Origin: Lama guanicoe
Taxonomy: Eukaryota
Assembly (NCBI GenBank): GCA_013239625.1
Contig: MU054220.1
Span: 620,026 to 683,718 of the forward strand
Direction of reading: 5' to 3'
Length of the DNA stretch: 63,693 nt
Shown: one piece after another, positions 51,712-63,693 of the stretch
Position numbering within the stretch: the first letter of the stretch is position 1
Layout: the number at the start of each line of letters is the position of its first letter
Translations under genes and position numbers: made by a program
The notes under the pieces: generated by a model
Told to the model about the DNA's origin: nothing
The model's database searches: none
The model's input: only the letters and a program-made list of their open reading frames with translations

Positions 51712-54573
51712 TTTCTATTTGGAACTAACAGGGTTGCATTTAATAACTTGGAGAAAATAAATCTGATCAATGCCACCACAGAAATCTAAAACATAAAAGG
51801 CACTTGCAAAAGTATAGAAATTTTAGGAATACGAAAAGTGCGTTACAATCTCAAATGAGCAGATGGGAATAAAAAGGTGCACACAGCACCTGATGGAAAT
51901 GGGCACTATCATTGATAGACGTGGTGTGAGAGATAACCAAATAGAAATATTGCTGCTTGAGCATTTCAGGAAATGCTCCATGAATACGATGATTTTGCTG
52001 TGGATATATTAGAACACAATTCTCCTTTATCAGTGGGTAACTGAGTACAGAATAGTGTCAAGCATGACTGAATTGTATCTACGGAAAATTCTTTTAATTC
52101 ATTCACTCCATAAATATTTACTATTAAACACCTACTTTCTTCCTAAAACTTGTATTTGGCAGTAAAGAGATAAAAATCGCTTTCCCTGTGTTACTTTGTT
52201 CTAAGGTGTGTCATTCTTACATTATCGTTCATATATATATATAAGTCAGTGAACTATACAAATGTGTCAGTGTCCATCTGTATCTGGATACAGATAGATA
52301 TATGGATAAAAACAATTATGGCATAATAGTTGTTAGAAACTGCAAACCAGTTTTCATTTCTGATTGCTGAAGAGTTGTGAAAAAACCGTATTTTGAAAAC
52401 TTTTTGAAATTTTTTGAGCTGACTCACCATCTCTCATTCAAATTCCTAGATCTTAATATTGCCCTAAGAATTTCACTATCCCTACTGCCTACATTAGAAG
52501 ATAGTTGTTGTAGTAATATGCCAATATAAATAAATTATTTACTAAGATAAAGTGTTTGGAAGTTTCATTTTTAAGGCAGCATAATTATGACATATATTAA
52601 AATATTCCCAAAGGTGGGTCATCCCCCAACTTTGATACCAAGATGGAATTTTCCCACTCAGAGACCACAAATTTTATGCTATTTTGGTGCTCTCCTAACT
52701 AAAAGTAATTTATATGAATCTATCTATATATGATCTATATTATTCTGCTATTAACACAAATATTACCATCCTAAGCACACAGTTTTGAACTCTTTCACTT
52801 TACAATGTATTTTAGAAACTGTTGCATATACATCTTGCTTCATTTTGGTTGATGACTGATTCAGTGATGATTTGGTCCCTGATTTATTCAGCTCACTTCT
52901 GATAGGCACTGAAGTTGTTTCCTGTCTTTTGCTACCATGGAAGGGGCTGCAGTGATTATCTTTGTCCCTGAGAATGAGCAAATGGAATCACTAGACCTAT
53001 GACTGTATACAGTTGTAGTATCATCAGTGTTGGAAATCACTTCATAAAAGATTGATCCCACTTAAATATCTAGCAAAAAACTGAGATTTTTTCCCACATC
53101 ATTTTCAGCACTACTTAAGACTTTTATCAGAAGATCACTTTGTTAATCCAATGGGTAAAATATATCTGTTTGGGATTTATATTTGAATTTATTTAACTAG
53201 AATGAAGTTGAGCATATTTTCATATGCTTAATTATTTTTGATAGCTTCTTTTAAAATTATTTTGCTTTTATACACTTGTGCTGTGTTTTAAAAGACTGAT
53301 CTCTGAAATTGACTTATATTTGAGGAAATTATGCTTTTTTTCTGGTATATATGCTATAAATATATTTTCCCAGTTTGACACTTATGCTATGCTCTTAACA
53401 GCACTACTATTTGGAAAACATTTGTGATGAAATTCATAAAAGAATTTGCCCATCATTTGGTACACATGAATAAATAATAATTCCTTTATTTTTTCTATCT
53501 TCTCTTACTGAAGTCAGGGTTTGGGACACTCAAGAATATAGATCCAAACAATTCTATTGAAATTTCTGTAACTTGGGGCATCCTGAGCTAATTTTCCATA
53601 TTTCCTGGTGCGTAACAGGAATAAAAGTTGAAATACTATTCAGATGTATCGCAAATGTTCTCACTCTATTCATCTTTGCGTCGTAGCATCTCCTTTTAAG
53701 AAAATGTTGACAAACTCAGAAAAATAATGAAAAAGGGGAAGAATTTAACTTTGAACAAAACAGTATGATTTTAAAAGTACAAAGTTTAATGATAAAAGCT
53801 GAATTTATAACAGTAAGCAACTGGAAATGTTTGAAAGGTAAAGTAAAAAGAAAAGCTTAGTCAAAGGCAAAAGATTAAAGTCAGTCACATGATGTGCTGA
53901 ACCAACTGAGTGTTCATTGCTAAAACTATTTCTCTCCCATTCACTTACTTCTCCCTCTCTCTCTCTCTCTTTCTCTCCCCCCCCCCGCCACTTGTGTGTG
54001 GTATGTGTGTGTGTGTGTATCTTCAGGTTTAATTAAGGAAGCTTAATTAACTATCAATATTAAAATATATTCTTTGAATGTTCAGAATATTCACTAGAAG
54101 ATATTTTATAACTGGCCTAGCAGGTTCAAGTAATGTGAAAGCATATTACTTGAAAGCATGAAAATTAAGTTATGCATAAATTTTTCCTTTTTTTGCAACA
54201 TGTTATCTTACTAGGTCTTAGCTGAAAACTGAAAAAAAAGAAAAAAGAAAAAACATATTCTGCCCAGGACATTAGCCACATGCCAACTCCTCTAAAGTAA
54301 TGTTTATTATACCCGAAGAATCATTTATTTTCTCATTATTTAAACGTATCATTGTTTTCATAAGCAATCAGCTAAGTAGACTGAATAAATATTATGATTG
54401 TCATTTTATTCAGGAATAAACAACACGGAAGGCAAGTGATTACCCACTGAAAAGTGGCAGTTCCATGAATGAGCACGTGCATTTGACCTCCAACTATAGT
54501 ATTCACGTCTTAATTTCTTTCCTTTGCAGATTTATTACTTCTAATCTGTACTTTCTCCACTTTGATTGAAACA

Positions 54574-55506
54574 ATGCAGCCAAATAACAGCGTAACTGAG
54601 TTCATACTGTTAGGATTGACATCAGATCCTATGAGGCAGAAAATGGTGTTTGTAATCTTCTTCATTTTCTATGTGGGAACCTTGGTGGGGAATTTGCTTA
54701 TTATCATGACCATCAAGTCCAGCCGGACACTTGGGAGCCCCATGTACTTCTTCCTATTTTATTTGTCCTTGGCTGATATCTGCTTGTCAACTTCCACAGC
54801 CCCTAGACTGATTGTGGATTCCCTGTCTGCCAAAAAAATCATATCTTACAGTGAATGCATGACTCAAGTCTTTGCACTGCATTTCTTTGGCTGCATGGAG
54901 ATCTTTGTTCTCATTCTCATGGCCGTTGACCGTTATGTGGCCATCTGCAAACCCTTGCGTTACCCAACTATTATGAGCCGCCAGGTCTGCATTATCCTGA
55001 TCACTCTTGCATGGATAGGGTCTTTTATACATTCTATGGCTCAGATTGTCTTGGCCTTGAGATTGCCCTTCTGTGGACCCAATCTGATTGATCACTATTG
55101 CTGTGACTTGCAGCCTTTGTTGAAACTTGCCTGCATGGACACCTATGTGATCAATCTGCTGTGGGTGACTAACAGTGGGGCCATTTGCTCCAGCAGTTTT
55201 GTAATTCTGATGACCTCGTACATTCTTATTCTGCATTCCCTGCAAAACCACAGTGCAGAAGCGAGGAAGAAAGCCCTCTCCACTTGCACTTCCCACCTCA
55301 TTGCAGTCATCTTATTCTTTGGTCCATGTATATTTATATACACACGCCCCCCAACCACTTTCCCCACGGACAAGATGGTGGCAGTATTTTATACTATTGG
55401 AACACCCTTTCTCAATCCAATCATCTACACACTGAGGAATGCAGAAGTGAAAAATGCCATGAGAAAGTTATGTCATGTTAAAATTACATCAGAAAACAAA
55501 AGATAA
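54574..55506 (+). CDS. OR4C11: Olfactory receptor family 4, OR4C11-like, intact (310 aa)
   Basis: MQPNNSVTEF start, [43 protein letters not shown]; acceptor ctttgcag at 54528-54529. Confidence 0.95.
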   Translation: MQPNNSVTEFILLGLTSDPMRQKMVFVIFFIFYVGTLVGNLLIIMTIKSSRTLGSPMYFFLFYLSLADICLSTSTAPRLIVDSLSAKKIISYSECMTQVFALHFFGCMEIFVLILMAVDRYVAICKPLRYPTIMSRQVCIILITLAWIGSFIHSMAQIVLALRLPFCGPNLIDHYCCDLQPLLKLACMDTYVINLLWVTNSGAICSSSFVILMTSYILILHSLQNHSAEARKKALSTCTSHLIAVILFFGPCIFIYTRPPTTFPTDKMVAVFYTIGTPFLNPIIYTLRNAEVKNAMRKLCHVKITSENKR

Positions 55507-57707
55507 ATGAGGGCTTTGTTTGATTAGTTATTGAGTCATAGTTTGGCTGAATCTGTACAGATAACAAACATAATAGTGTATCTCGTCACTCCTCCATACA
55601 ATCTATTACACTGCACCAGATTTTCTTCTTTTTGTACCTCTGCCCTCAGATTAGTAGCTTCCCTCACATTTCAACCTGACTCTTGCATTGCCTGAGAGTT
55701 CTGGCATGACTGTAAAATACAACTCACAACACGGTCTACACTATGTTTGATAAGAAAAAATACATTTATATAATCACAACCTTGCAAACACATGATCATC
55801 CACAAAGAAAATGTAGCTAGTACTCTATAATTTGCAACCCCCACTATCATACATTTCAAGTTAGGTATCTTGTTTTCTCTTGAATGTTTCCAGAGCAAGA
55901 AAATTAACTTTATGTATCAATCAACTTCATTATGACATCATTTTATTTTTGAAATATTTAATATTATTGAATCAAATGCTATTTTATATATGACATTTTA
56001 AAATAATTTTCTTATTGTTTCCTTTGGTTACTAAGATAACTGAGACATTTTATATATACATATAAACATAGTGTTACAAACACCTTGAGATCTTTATAAA
56101 TTGTGTGACTGATGTGACACAAATTATAGAACGTTAGCCACACTTTATTTATGATCATACATCTGAAAATAAGCTGTAATAGAAGTTTATAACTCAATGA
56201 GGCTAAAAAGTAAAATGATTTATGTCATCAAGACTAAAAAACTTAAAAATGTAAGAATGATACAACATATTTTCTGAGACTGAAGTACAGAAAGGTAGAA
56301 CATGGTATGGAGAAAAAATGTATTGCATTATTTTATTTAAAGTTGGATCACAGCAGTTAAATGTAAGAAAGTACACCAGGCATTCTGGAAATACTCACCG
56401 TGCTTGTCCCTAGTTAGTGGACTTAGAAAAGACCCATTTCTGCAGCAAGAAGCTGCTCTCTTTCTCTATTTGTGCTTTCCTCATAAAGACCTAGTATAGA
56501 TTTGTAAGTTAGAATTGCCATTAGAATTGGTGCCCAGAGTGGGCAGATCAGATTAACACTTGCACCTTGGATTTGCATGTCAGGGGTTATACCATGACAT
56601 TTTAATGCTGAACTATTTCAGTATATTAAGGTTTACCACATCCTTTGTAACAGTTACCAGATCCCATTTCATTTTCAGTACTGTATCTCATTATTTAATT
56701 GGAAAACTTTACCAATATCAACATTATCCTCCTGAAAAAAATTATTTTAAAATAAACCTATTAAAATAACACAAGTTTTCAGTGTTCTCCTTTCATTTTG
56801 CTTTCTCTATTATTTCAAAAATCAGTGTCTGCATTGGTGTCCCGAAGTTGTCACGTCATTCATGAGGAGTGTCAAATAACACAGAATGGAACTGTCACGT
56901 TCCACCATAAACCTACCTAACGGACTCCACAAAAACACCAGCACACATAAACATAAACACACACACACACACACACACATACACACACACACACATATGC
57001 ACACACAATATATGTGTTCATGGTGATTTCTATTTCAGATGAATAATTGAAGGTAAGAGGTAGAGGAGAAAAGAAATATCCTAAAATGTAAATGGAAGAA
57101 AAATCAAGGCTGTAAGTAGAAGCAGCTACATAGGGGAAAAATTGGAAGGGTTCATGTGGTTAAAAAGTATTTTCAGTCAAATTAAAACTGGGAAAACAGA
57201 GTAAATTTTTTTAATTTCTGGAATAAAATATTCATTCAATGTAAAATATTGAAGTGACCATTTACCCTCAAAAGTGATTCATCTAAAGGAGAAACTATGA
57301 ATCTTGTTATCCTTTCATTTTCAGGAACAAATAGTGCCTGTGTCCAAGGCTTTTTTGTTGTTATCTTTATGTCCCAAAATTAGTACAAAGTTATATATTT
57401 CTATTAAAATATACAGATGTGAAATATAAAGGTCAAAAATTAACAAATTCTTTGAGGTTGTTTTGCCAAGAAGTACCAGAAGCAAAGTTTTAATCTAGTT
57501 CTATATGTTTCCCAAGACAGTAAAATACCTCTATTCTACATTATTAGTATTTCAAACATCTTTGTGAATGGCCACACAGATGATATTAAGTTGATGCAGT
57601 GAACATAGACTGCATTTATTTTAGTTTCAAGGTAGGTAGGAGAACATCATAAACAGGAGAGTGAACTCTGGAGTCAGGCTGCATGAATCCAAATATTGGC
57701 TTTATCA

Positions 57708-59480
57708 CTTTTTTTAACAGCTTTATTGAGGTATTTTTGACATACAAAAATTGGATATACTTAATGTGTACAGCTTGATGTTTTGATATATGTGCAATGT
57801 GAAAAGATCACCACAATTAAACTAATGGGCATATCCATCAATCCATCCTCTCTACATAGTTACCATTGTGTGTGTGTGTGTGTGTGTGTGCATGCGTTCA
57901 AGTGTGTGATGGCAAGATTTAATTTAAGATCTACTTTGCACTTTCAAGGACACAATATGGTATTGTTAACTATAGTCATCATGCTATATATTAGACCTCT
58001 TGAATTTCTTCTCTATGTAACAGAAACCTGTACCCTTTGACCAACATCTCCATTTCCCACAACCCCAGGCTCCTGATAACCACCATTCAACTCTGCTTCT
58101 GTGAACTGGACTATATTATTTGCACATGTAAGTGAGTTCATGCAGTATTTCTCTTCTGTGTCTCGCATATTTAACTTAGCATTATGCCCTCCAGCTCCAT
58201 CCATGTTGTTGCAAACGGCAGGGTTTTCCACTTTTTTAGGTCTGAATAATGTACCATTGTGTGTATGTGTGTGTGTGTGTACACCACATTTTTAATATCC
58301 ATCATCAGTCATGGACAGTGAGCTTGTACCCATGCCTTGGCTATTGTTAATAATGTTGCAGTGGAGAAAGGAGTGCAGATATCCCTTAATGATCATGATT
58401 TCAAATCCTGAGGACATATATGCAGCAACAGGAATGATGAATGGCAATGCTATTTTCAGTTTCTGAGACACCTCCATACTCTTTTCCACGATGACGACTA
58501 GTTTACATTCTCACCAGTAGTGCGGGTGGTTCCCTCTGCTTTACATCCTTACCATTCTTACCAAGACTTGTTATCTTGAGTCTTTTTAATAATAGTCATC
58601 CTGACAGGTGTGAGATGCTATTTCACTTTTTTCCAGCTTTATTGAGGTATAACTGACATATAACATTGTGAAAATTTAAGGTGTACCACCTGTTGATTTG
58701 GTGCACATATATTTTGCAAAACAACTACCAGCATAGGGTTAGCTAACACCTCCATCATGTCACGTAATTACCTTTTTTTTCATGGTGAAAGCATTTAAGA
58801 TCTGCTCTCTTAGCAACTTTCAAATATACAATACAGTAATATTACCTGTTTTTCAAGTATATTATTACACTATAATCACCATGCTATAATTAGATCACAG
58901 AGCTTGTTTGTCTTAAACCTCAAGTTTGTACCCGTCATCAGAAGCTCCCCCATTTCCCTCACCTCCCAGCCAGTGGGAATCACCATTTCACTGTTTCTGT
59001 GAGTTCAGTTATTTTCAATTCCATATATAAGTGACATCATGGACTGTGCACTTTCCTCCTTCTGACTTATTCCACTTGACCATAATGACCTCAAGTTTCA
59101 TCCATGTTGTCACAAATGGCTGTATTTCATTCCTTCTTATGGTTGAATAATATTTCATTATACAAACATATGAATATGCCATATTTTCTTTACATATTCA
59201 TCCTTTGACATGATGAGGTTGTTTTCATATCTTGGTCATTTTCTGTGCCAATTTACACCCCTATCAATAAAGCACATGGGTTCCCTTTTCTACACATCCT
59301 CGCCAATACTTCTTATCTCTTGTCTTTTTAGTGATAGTCACTCTAACAGGTATAAGGTGGTATCTAATTATGGTTGTGATTTGCATTTCCCTGAGAATTA
59401 GTGATGTTGAGCACTTTTTTATATACCTGTTGGTCATATGTATGTCTTCTTTGGAGAAATGTCTATTTCGTTTCTTTGCT
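57708..59480 (-). mobile_element. Two adjacent antisense L1MA-like 3' fragments (57708-58620 and 58625-59480)
   Basis: Each begins tttt..cagctttattgaggta and runs into antisense ORF2 end (tttgcatttccctga, tatgtcttctttggagaaatgtctatt). Confidence 0.8.
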
Positions 59481-60074
59481 GTTCAAGGAAATAATGGCTG
59501 AAAACTCCTCAAATAGAGAAATAGACATCCAGATGCAAGAAAACCAGAGAATTTCCACACTGTGACATACTATAATCAAACAGTCAAAGTCAAAATAAAT
59601 TAACAAAAATAAAAAGAAATTGAAATCAGTAAGAAAAAAGATTTCTCATATAAAAGGGAGCTATGATAAAGCTATGAATTTATTGCTCAGCATAAATTTG
59701 CAGGCCAAAACAGGATATATAGATGATTCCCAACTTGAAATTGTTTTTGGACACACTCTTAAGACTCTGACCAATATTAATGCAGGACATTTTCTTTTTT
59801 CTGAAATATCCATCACAAAACAAAAATTAAGATAGGGCAATTAATATAATTTATGTATTGAAACTTTATTTTAGGAATGCTTTCTTTGAAATACTAAATA
59901 TTTTAACATTATCTTTCAAAATTTGAAAGGATTTTCATTTGACATTATCATGTTAATGTTCCCTTCTTTTAATGTTTTCTATTATCAATTATCTGTATCA
60001 AATGGAGATTATTTTAAATGTATTTTAAAAATGTGAACTTTTCAAAATAAAAATACTCTTAACTAATTAGAAAT

Positions 60075-61112
60075 AAATTACCTCAATATATTAAAGACCA
60101 TATATAAAAACATACCGTTAATATCATCTTCAATAGTGAAAAATGGAAAGCTTTTCCTCTAAGATCTGAAACAAGGCAAAAATGCTTGTTCTACCTATTT
60201 ATTTCAACATGGAATTGGAAACCCATGCCAGAGCAATTAGGCTATAAAAAGAAATAAAAGGCATCCAAATCAGAAAGGAAGATGTAAAATTATTTGCTTG
60301 CAGATGACATAATCTTGTATGAAGAAAATCTGAAAACCATAAAAACCTGTAAAAACTAATATATAAATATAGTAAAGCTGCAGATTGTTAAATTGACAAA
60401 CAAAACTCAGTTATGTTTCTATACACTAACAACAAATTCTTTGAAAATAAAATTAAGAAAACATTGCCATTTAAAATAGCATCCAAAAGAATAAGTTGCA
60501 ATAAACAACAAAGGAGGTAAAATATCACATCAAACATTACTATAATCATTGACGAAAGACATTAATGAAGACACAATAAATGAAAAGACACCCTGGATTG
60601 GAAGAATTAATATTGGGAAAAACTCCACTATTCAAGTGATCTCAGATTTAATGAAATCCCTAAAACACAAGTGGTATTTTTTTATTTCAAAAATTTCTAA
60701 AATTCATAGAGATCCACAAAAGTTCTTAAAAAATGAAAGCAGTCTTTAGAAATAAAAATGAGTTGGAGGCATCACACTCCCTGCTTTCAAAAAATAATCA
60801 AAGACTATATAGTGAACAAAACAATATGATACGAGCATAAAAACAAGCCAATAGAACAGAGTGGAAAGACCAAACACCATGTACACACTGTAAACAGGTC
60901 TTTGATAAGGATGTTAAGAATACCCAACATAGAAAGGAGACTCTTCAACAAATATTTTGGGAAACTGTACATCCAAATCAAAGAATAAAATTGGACTCTC
61001 ATCTGAACTTCATACACAAAATCAGCTCAGAATGGATTAAAGATTTAAGCCTAAGACCTTGAACCGTAAAACTTCTTGAACAAAACATAGGCGAAAGCTT
61101 CATGATGTTTTT
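60075..61112 (+). mobile_element. Degenerate L1 ORF2 fragment (RT region)
   Basis: gcttttcctctaagatctgaaacaaggcaa, ttgcagatgacataatc, tggattggaagaattaatattg. Confidence 0.8.
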
Positions 61113-61596
61113 AGCCGTCTTCACAAAGCAACTACAAATCTGTTTAGATATTGTGCAGCAAAACAGCAGCTGTCTTCCAGAGACTGAACGCATCCTCTTT
61201 ATTGATACTACAGTCTGTACTACATCATGAGAATTATGTACTTGGTTATGGGGACAATCTGTCATTTTCCATGTTCCATATGATGATGCCTCCCGGTGTT
61301 GTTGATCCTAAATAGTTGATCTAAGTACTTAGAACCTAAGTTGGTCTAGGTCACATCAAAGAAAGATATTCCCAGAGGACGTACCTGTGTTACAAGACCT
61401 GAGCTTTATCTGCTGCCCTTCCAAATGAATGGTCTTAAATGTAGTTGAAAAATAATTCATTGCACTTATTTCATTTACCATTGCATAAGTAATTCTGGAA
61501 AAGGTAATCCCAAAGCATCATTCAATTTCTGTTTTCAATTTAATTTCATTTGCTTTATTTATTTATTCACTTACTACACAATTGATTAGAAATTAT

Positions 61597-62133
61597 TGGA
61601 AACAACCTAAATGTCCATCAACAGATAATTGCATAAAGAAGCTGTGGAATACATATATAAATGGAATACTATTCAGCCATAAAAAATAATAAAACAATGC
61701 CATTTGCAGAAACATAGGTGGACCTGGAGATCATCATTCTAAATGAAGCAAGCCAGAAAGAGAAATAAAAATACCATATGATATCACTTATATATGGTAT
61801 CTAAGAAAAAGACACAAATGAACTTATTAACAAAACAGAAACAGACTCACAGACATAGAAAACAAACTTATGGTTACCAGTGGGGAAAGGGGGTGGGAAG
61901 GGATAAATTGGGTGTTTGAGATTTGCAGATACTAAGTACTGTATATAAAATAGATACACAGCATGTTCATACTGTATAGCACAGGGGACTATATTCAACA
62001 TCTTATAGTAACCTATAATGAGAAAGAATATGAAAAGGAATATATGTATGTAAATCTATGACTGAACTATTACGCTGTACACCAGAAATTGACACAACAC
62101 TGTAAACTGACTATACTTCAATTAAAAAAAAAA
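61597..62133 (+). mobile_element. L1 3'-end insertion
   Basis: ORF2 end, 3' UTR and poly(A); possible TSD AGAAATT at 61588-61594 and 62134-62140. Confidence 0.88.
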
Positions 62134-62379
62134 AGAAATTGCACACCCTGAGTGACACAGCATATACCACTAACTAATTGGCTCAAACATGCAAGACAAT
62201 ATGAATAAATGACAATTAAAATGTCCAACCCTAATTTTAGTCATTACTGTGTTGTCCCCTTTCTCAATGGGGACTTTCACGATGAGTGTGGTTGACTAAC
62301 TGACCAAACTGGCTGCTTTTAGCACACCCCTTTTAACCCACTTTCTCCCTTTTTTCCCCAGTACTTGTTCTCCACAGCC

Positions 62380-62748
62380 CTGATACCACTCACAGGAGAT
62401 GACCTGTTTCTCTGAAAAGATCAGGGTCACCTGATGCAGACTCCCACACTCCATAATATCCCTGTATTGTCAATTTTTCACATCTTTCTGAGCAATAACT
62501 TATTATTATTATCAGAATAACTAATAATTTCCTTAGCCATGCTGAGTCCTCTTCCAGGGCCAGTGGCCCAGCTCCTCTCACCTCATCCCTGTCTTCATCC
62601 TCCTCTTAGTCTCTTACATCTCTTTCTCCCTTTCCACCAAATCCTTCCCTCTGCCCGCAGACATATGCACGTATCCTAATCCTTTGGTAAAAGCACCTTT
62701 CTTGACACTGATGCCTCTTCAAGCCAACTTCGTATCTCTTGGCCTTCC
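62380..62748 (+). mobile_element. L2 relic
   Basis: Pyrimidine-rich ctctttctccctttccaccaaatccttccctctgccc...catatgc...cctttcttgac resembles L2 ORF2. Confidence 0.45.
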
Positions 62749-62967
62749 AAAAGAAAAGATAAGGAAAAAAGAAAAGAGAAGTGAAGGGAAGACAGAAGGG
62801 AGGGGAAGGGAAGACAAGACGGAAGGGAAGACGGAAGGGAAGATGGAAGGGAAGACAGAAGGGAAGGGAAGGGAAGGGAAGGGAAGGAAAGGAAAAAGAA
62901 AGGAAAGGGCAGGAAAGGAAAAAGAAAGGAAAGGAAAGGAAAAAGAAAAGAAAAGAAAAAAGAAATT
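62749..62967. repeat. Purine-rich GAAGG/GAAAA compound repeat
   Basis: Read directly; includes the 12-mer GAAGGGAAGACG/A units. Confidence 0.95.
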
Positions 62968-63693
62968 GCATACTATAAATGGTTTTGACTAAAAACTTTG
63001 CATGATAAACATATGATGGAGAACATAATTGTCATGGTCTCTGCCCTCAGTGGCTCTTAGTTTACAGGATTTAAGAGTCTGAAGAATGAAAATAAAATGC
63101 CTGGTTTCTAGCTCTTATGCAAAAATTTCCTACTTTAAATTCTTCTACTCTTTGGTCACATCAATCAGGATTTACAGGTGTCTGAGATTTAGCCACTGGT
63201 GCTAATGCGGCCTTCTTACACAGAACACTCATTCACCTCCTTTGGGTGCCATATCACCAATTTTCATGATTTTACTTATGACTTTTGAACAAGCTTCTTG
63301 GGGCCACTCTGGGATTCTTTATGTTTGTATAATCCTACATATTATGCTTCTCCCTCTGGTCTGCAGGGCAGTATGGACTTTCAGCACAGAAGGGCCCACT
63401 TAATACTCCATGTTCCTCCCTCGACTGTGTTCCATCTTTGTCTGCCTGCTTTTCTATCAGCTCTTCTCTGTTCCTCCAACACCAAAAGTAGTCTGTTAGT
63501 TATGTTTGACAATCTTAGCCTTGTTGAAGTTCGCTAATCTTTTTTGAAGAGCTGAGGTTAAGACTGTAGTTATCAGAAGATGTGCCTTGCAGGACATTTG
63601 GTTCTGCCCAAAACATCCTTAAAGATATTTAGTCCACACCAAAAAAGTCCTTGACATTTGAACCAAAGGCAGTCAAATGTGTCCTAAATGCAG

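Larger units (their letters stand above)
50370..57710 (+). repeat. Duplicated unit B2 (OR4C11-like), paralogous to ~2270-8760
   Basis: Co-linear L1M relic, promoter, intron, CDS, CA repeat and MIR start. Confidence 0.8.

Noticed and set aside
54562..54573. N-terminal extension MIET from the ORF track
   Set aside because: Starts at TTG; the ATG at 54574 matches the paralogue start.
54787..55296. 169-aa antisense ORF and other ORFs overlapping OR genes
   Set aside because: Shadow frames; the full-length ORF is not retained in the paralogue.
62606..62992. K/E/G-rich and F/P/S-rich ORFs
   Set aside because: Translations of the purine microsatellite.
1..63693. A previously undescribed multi-gene system, CRISPR array or structural RNA gene
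   Set aside because: Every long ORF is explained by olfactory receptors or retroelements; I saw no repeat-spacer array and no tRNA, rRNA or snRNA.

Overview
AT-rich mammalian genomic DNA holding part of a class II olfactory receptor family 4 (OR4C/OR4P) tandem cluster. It is probably camelid, an inference from the young L1 3' ends and from my not seeing ruminant or pig SINEs. There are six OR loci: two intact OR4C11-like genes (5750-6682, 54574-55506); one intact OR4C46/OR4C13-like gene (14969-15898); two frameshifted paralogues of that gene (24081-25029, 48370-49298); and a minus-strand OR4P-like ORF (37290-38096) that stays open although about 42 codons covering TM1-TM2 are missing. A gene-less 3' flank (43144-44090) marks a further, deleted copy. 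The genes sit in multi-kb duplicated units carrying conserved candidate promoters and non-coding first exons, separated by ERVL/MLT2 remnants, ERV1-type LTRs, MIR/L2 relics and L1s of several ages (nested, 5'-inverted, and one young copy with an open ORF2 segment). I found no convincing new biological system. The observations most worth checking are the frame-preserving OR4P-like deletion, mosaic identity among OR paralogues suggesting gene conversion, a GC-biased CpG-rich patch at a deletion junction, two candidate retroposed/transduced inserts, and a conserved homeodomain+EBF composite motif. All alignments were done by eye, family names come from memory, and repeat boundaries are approximate.
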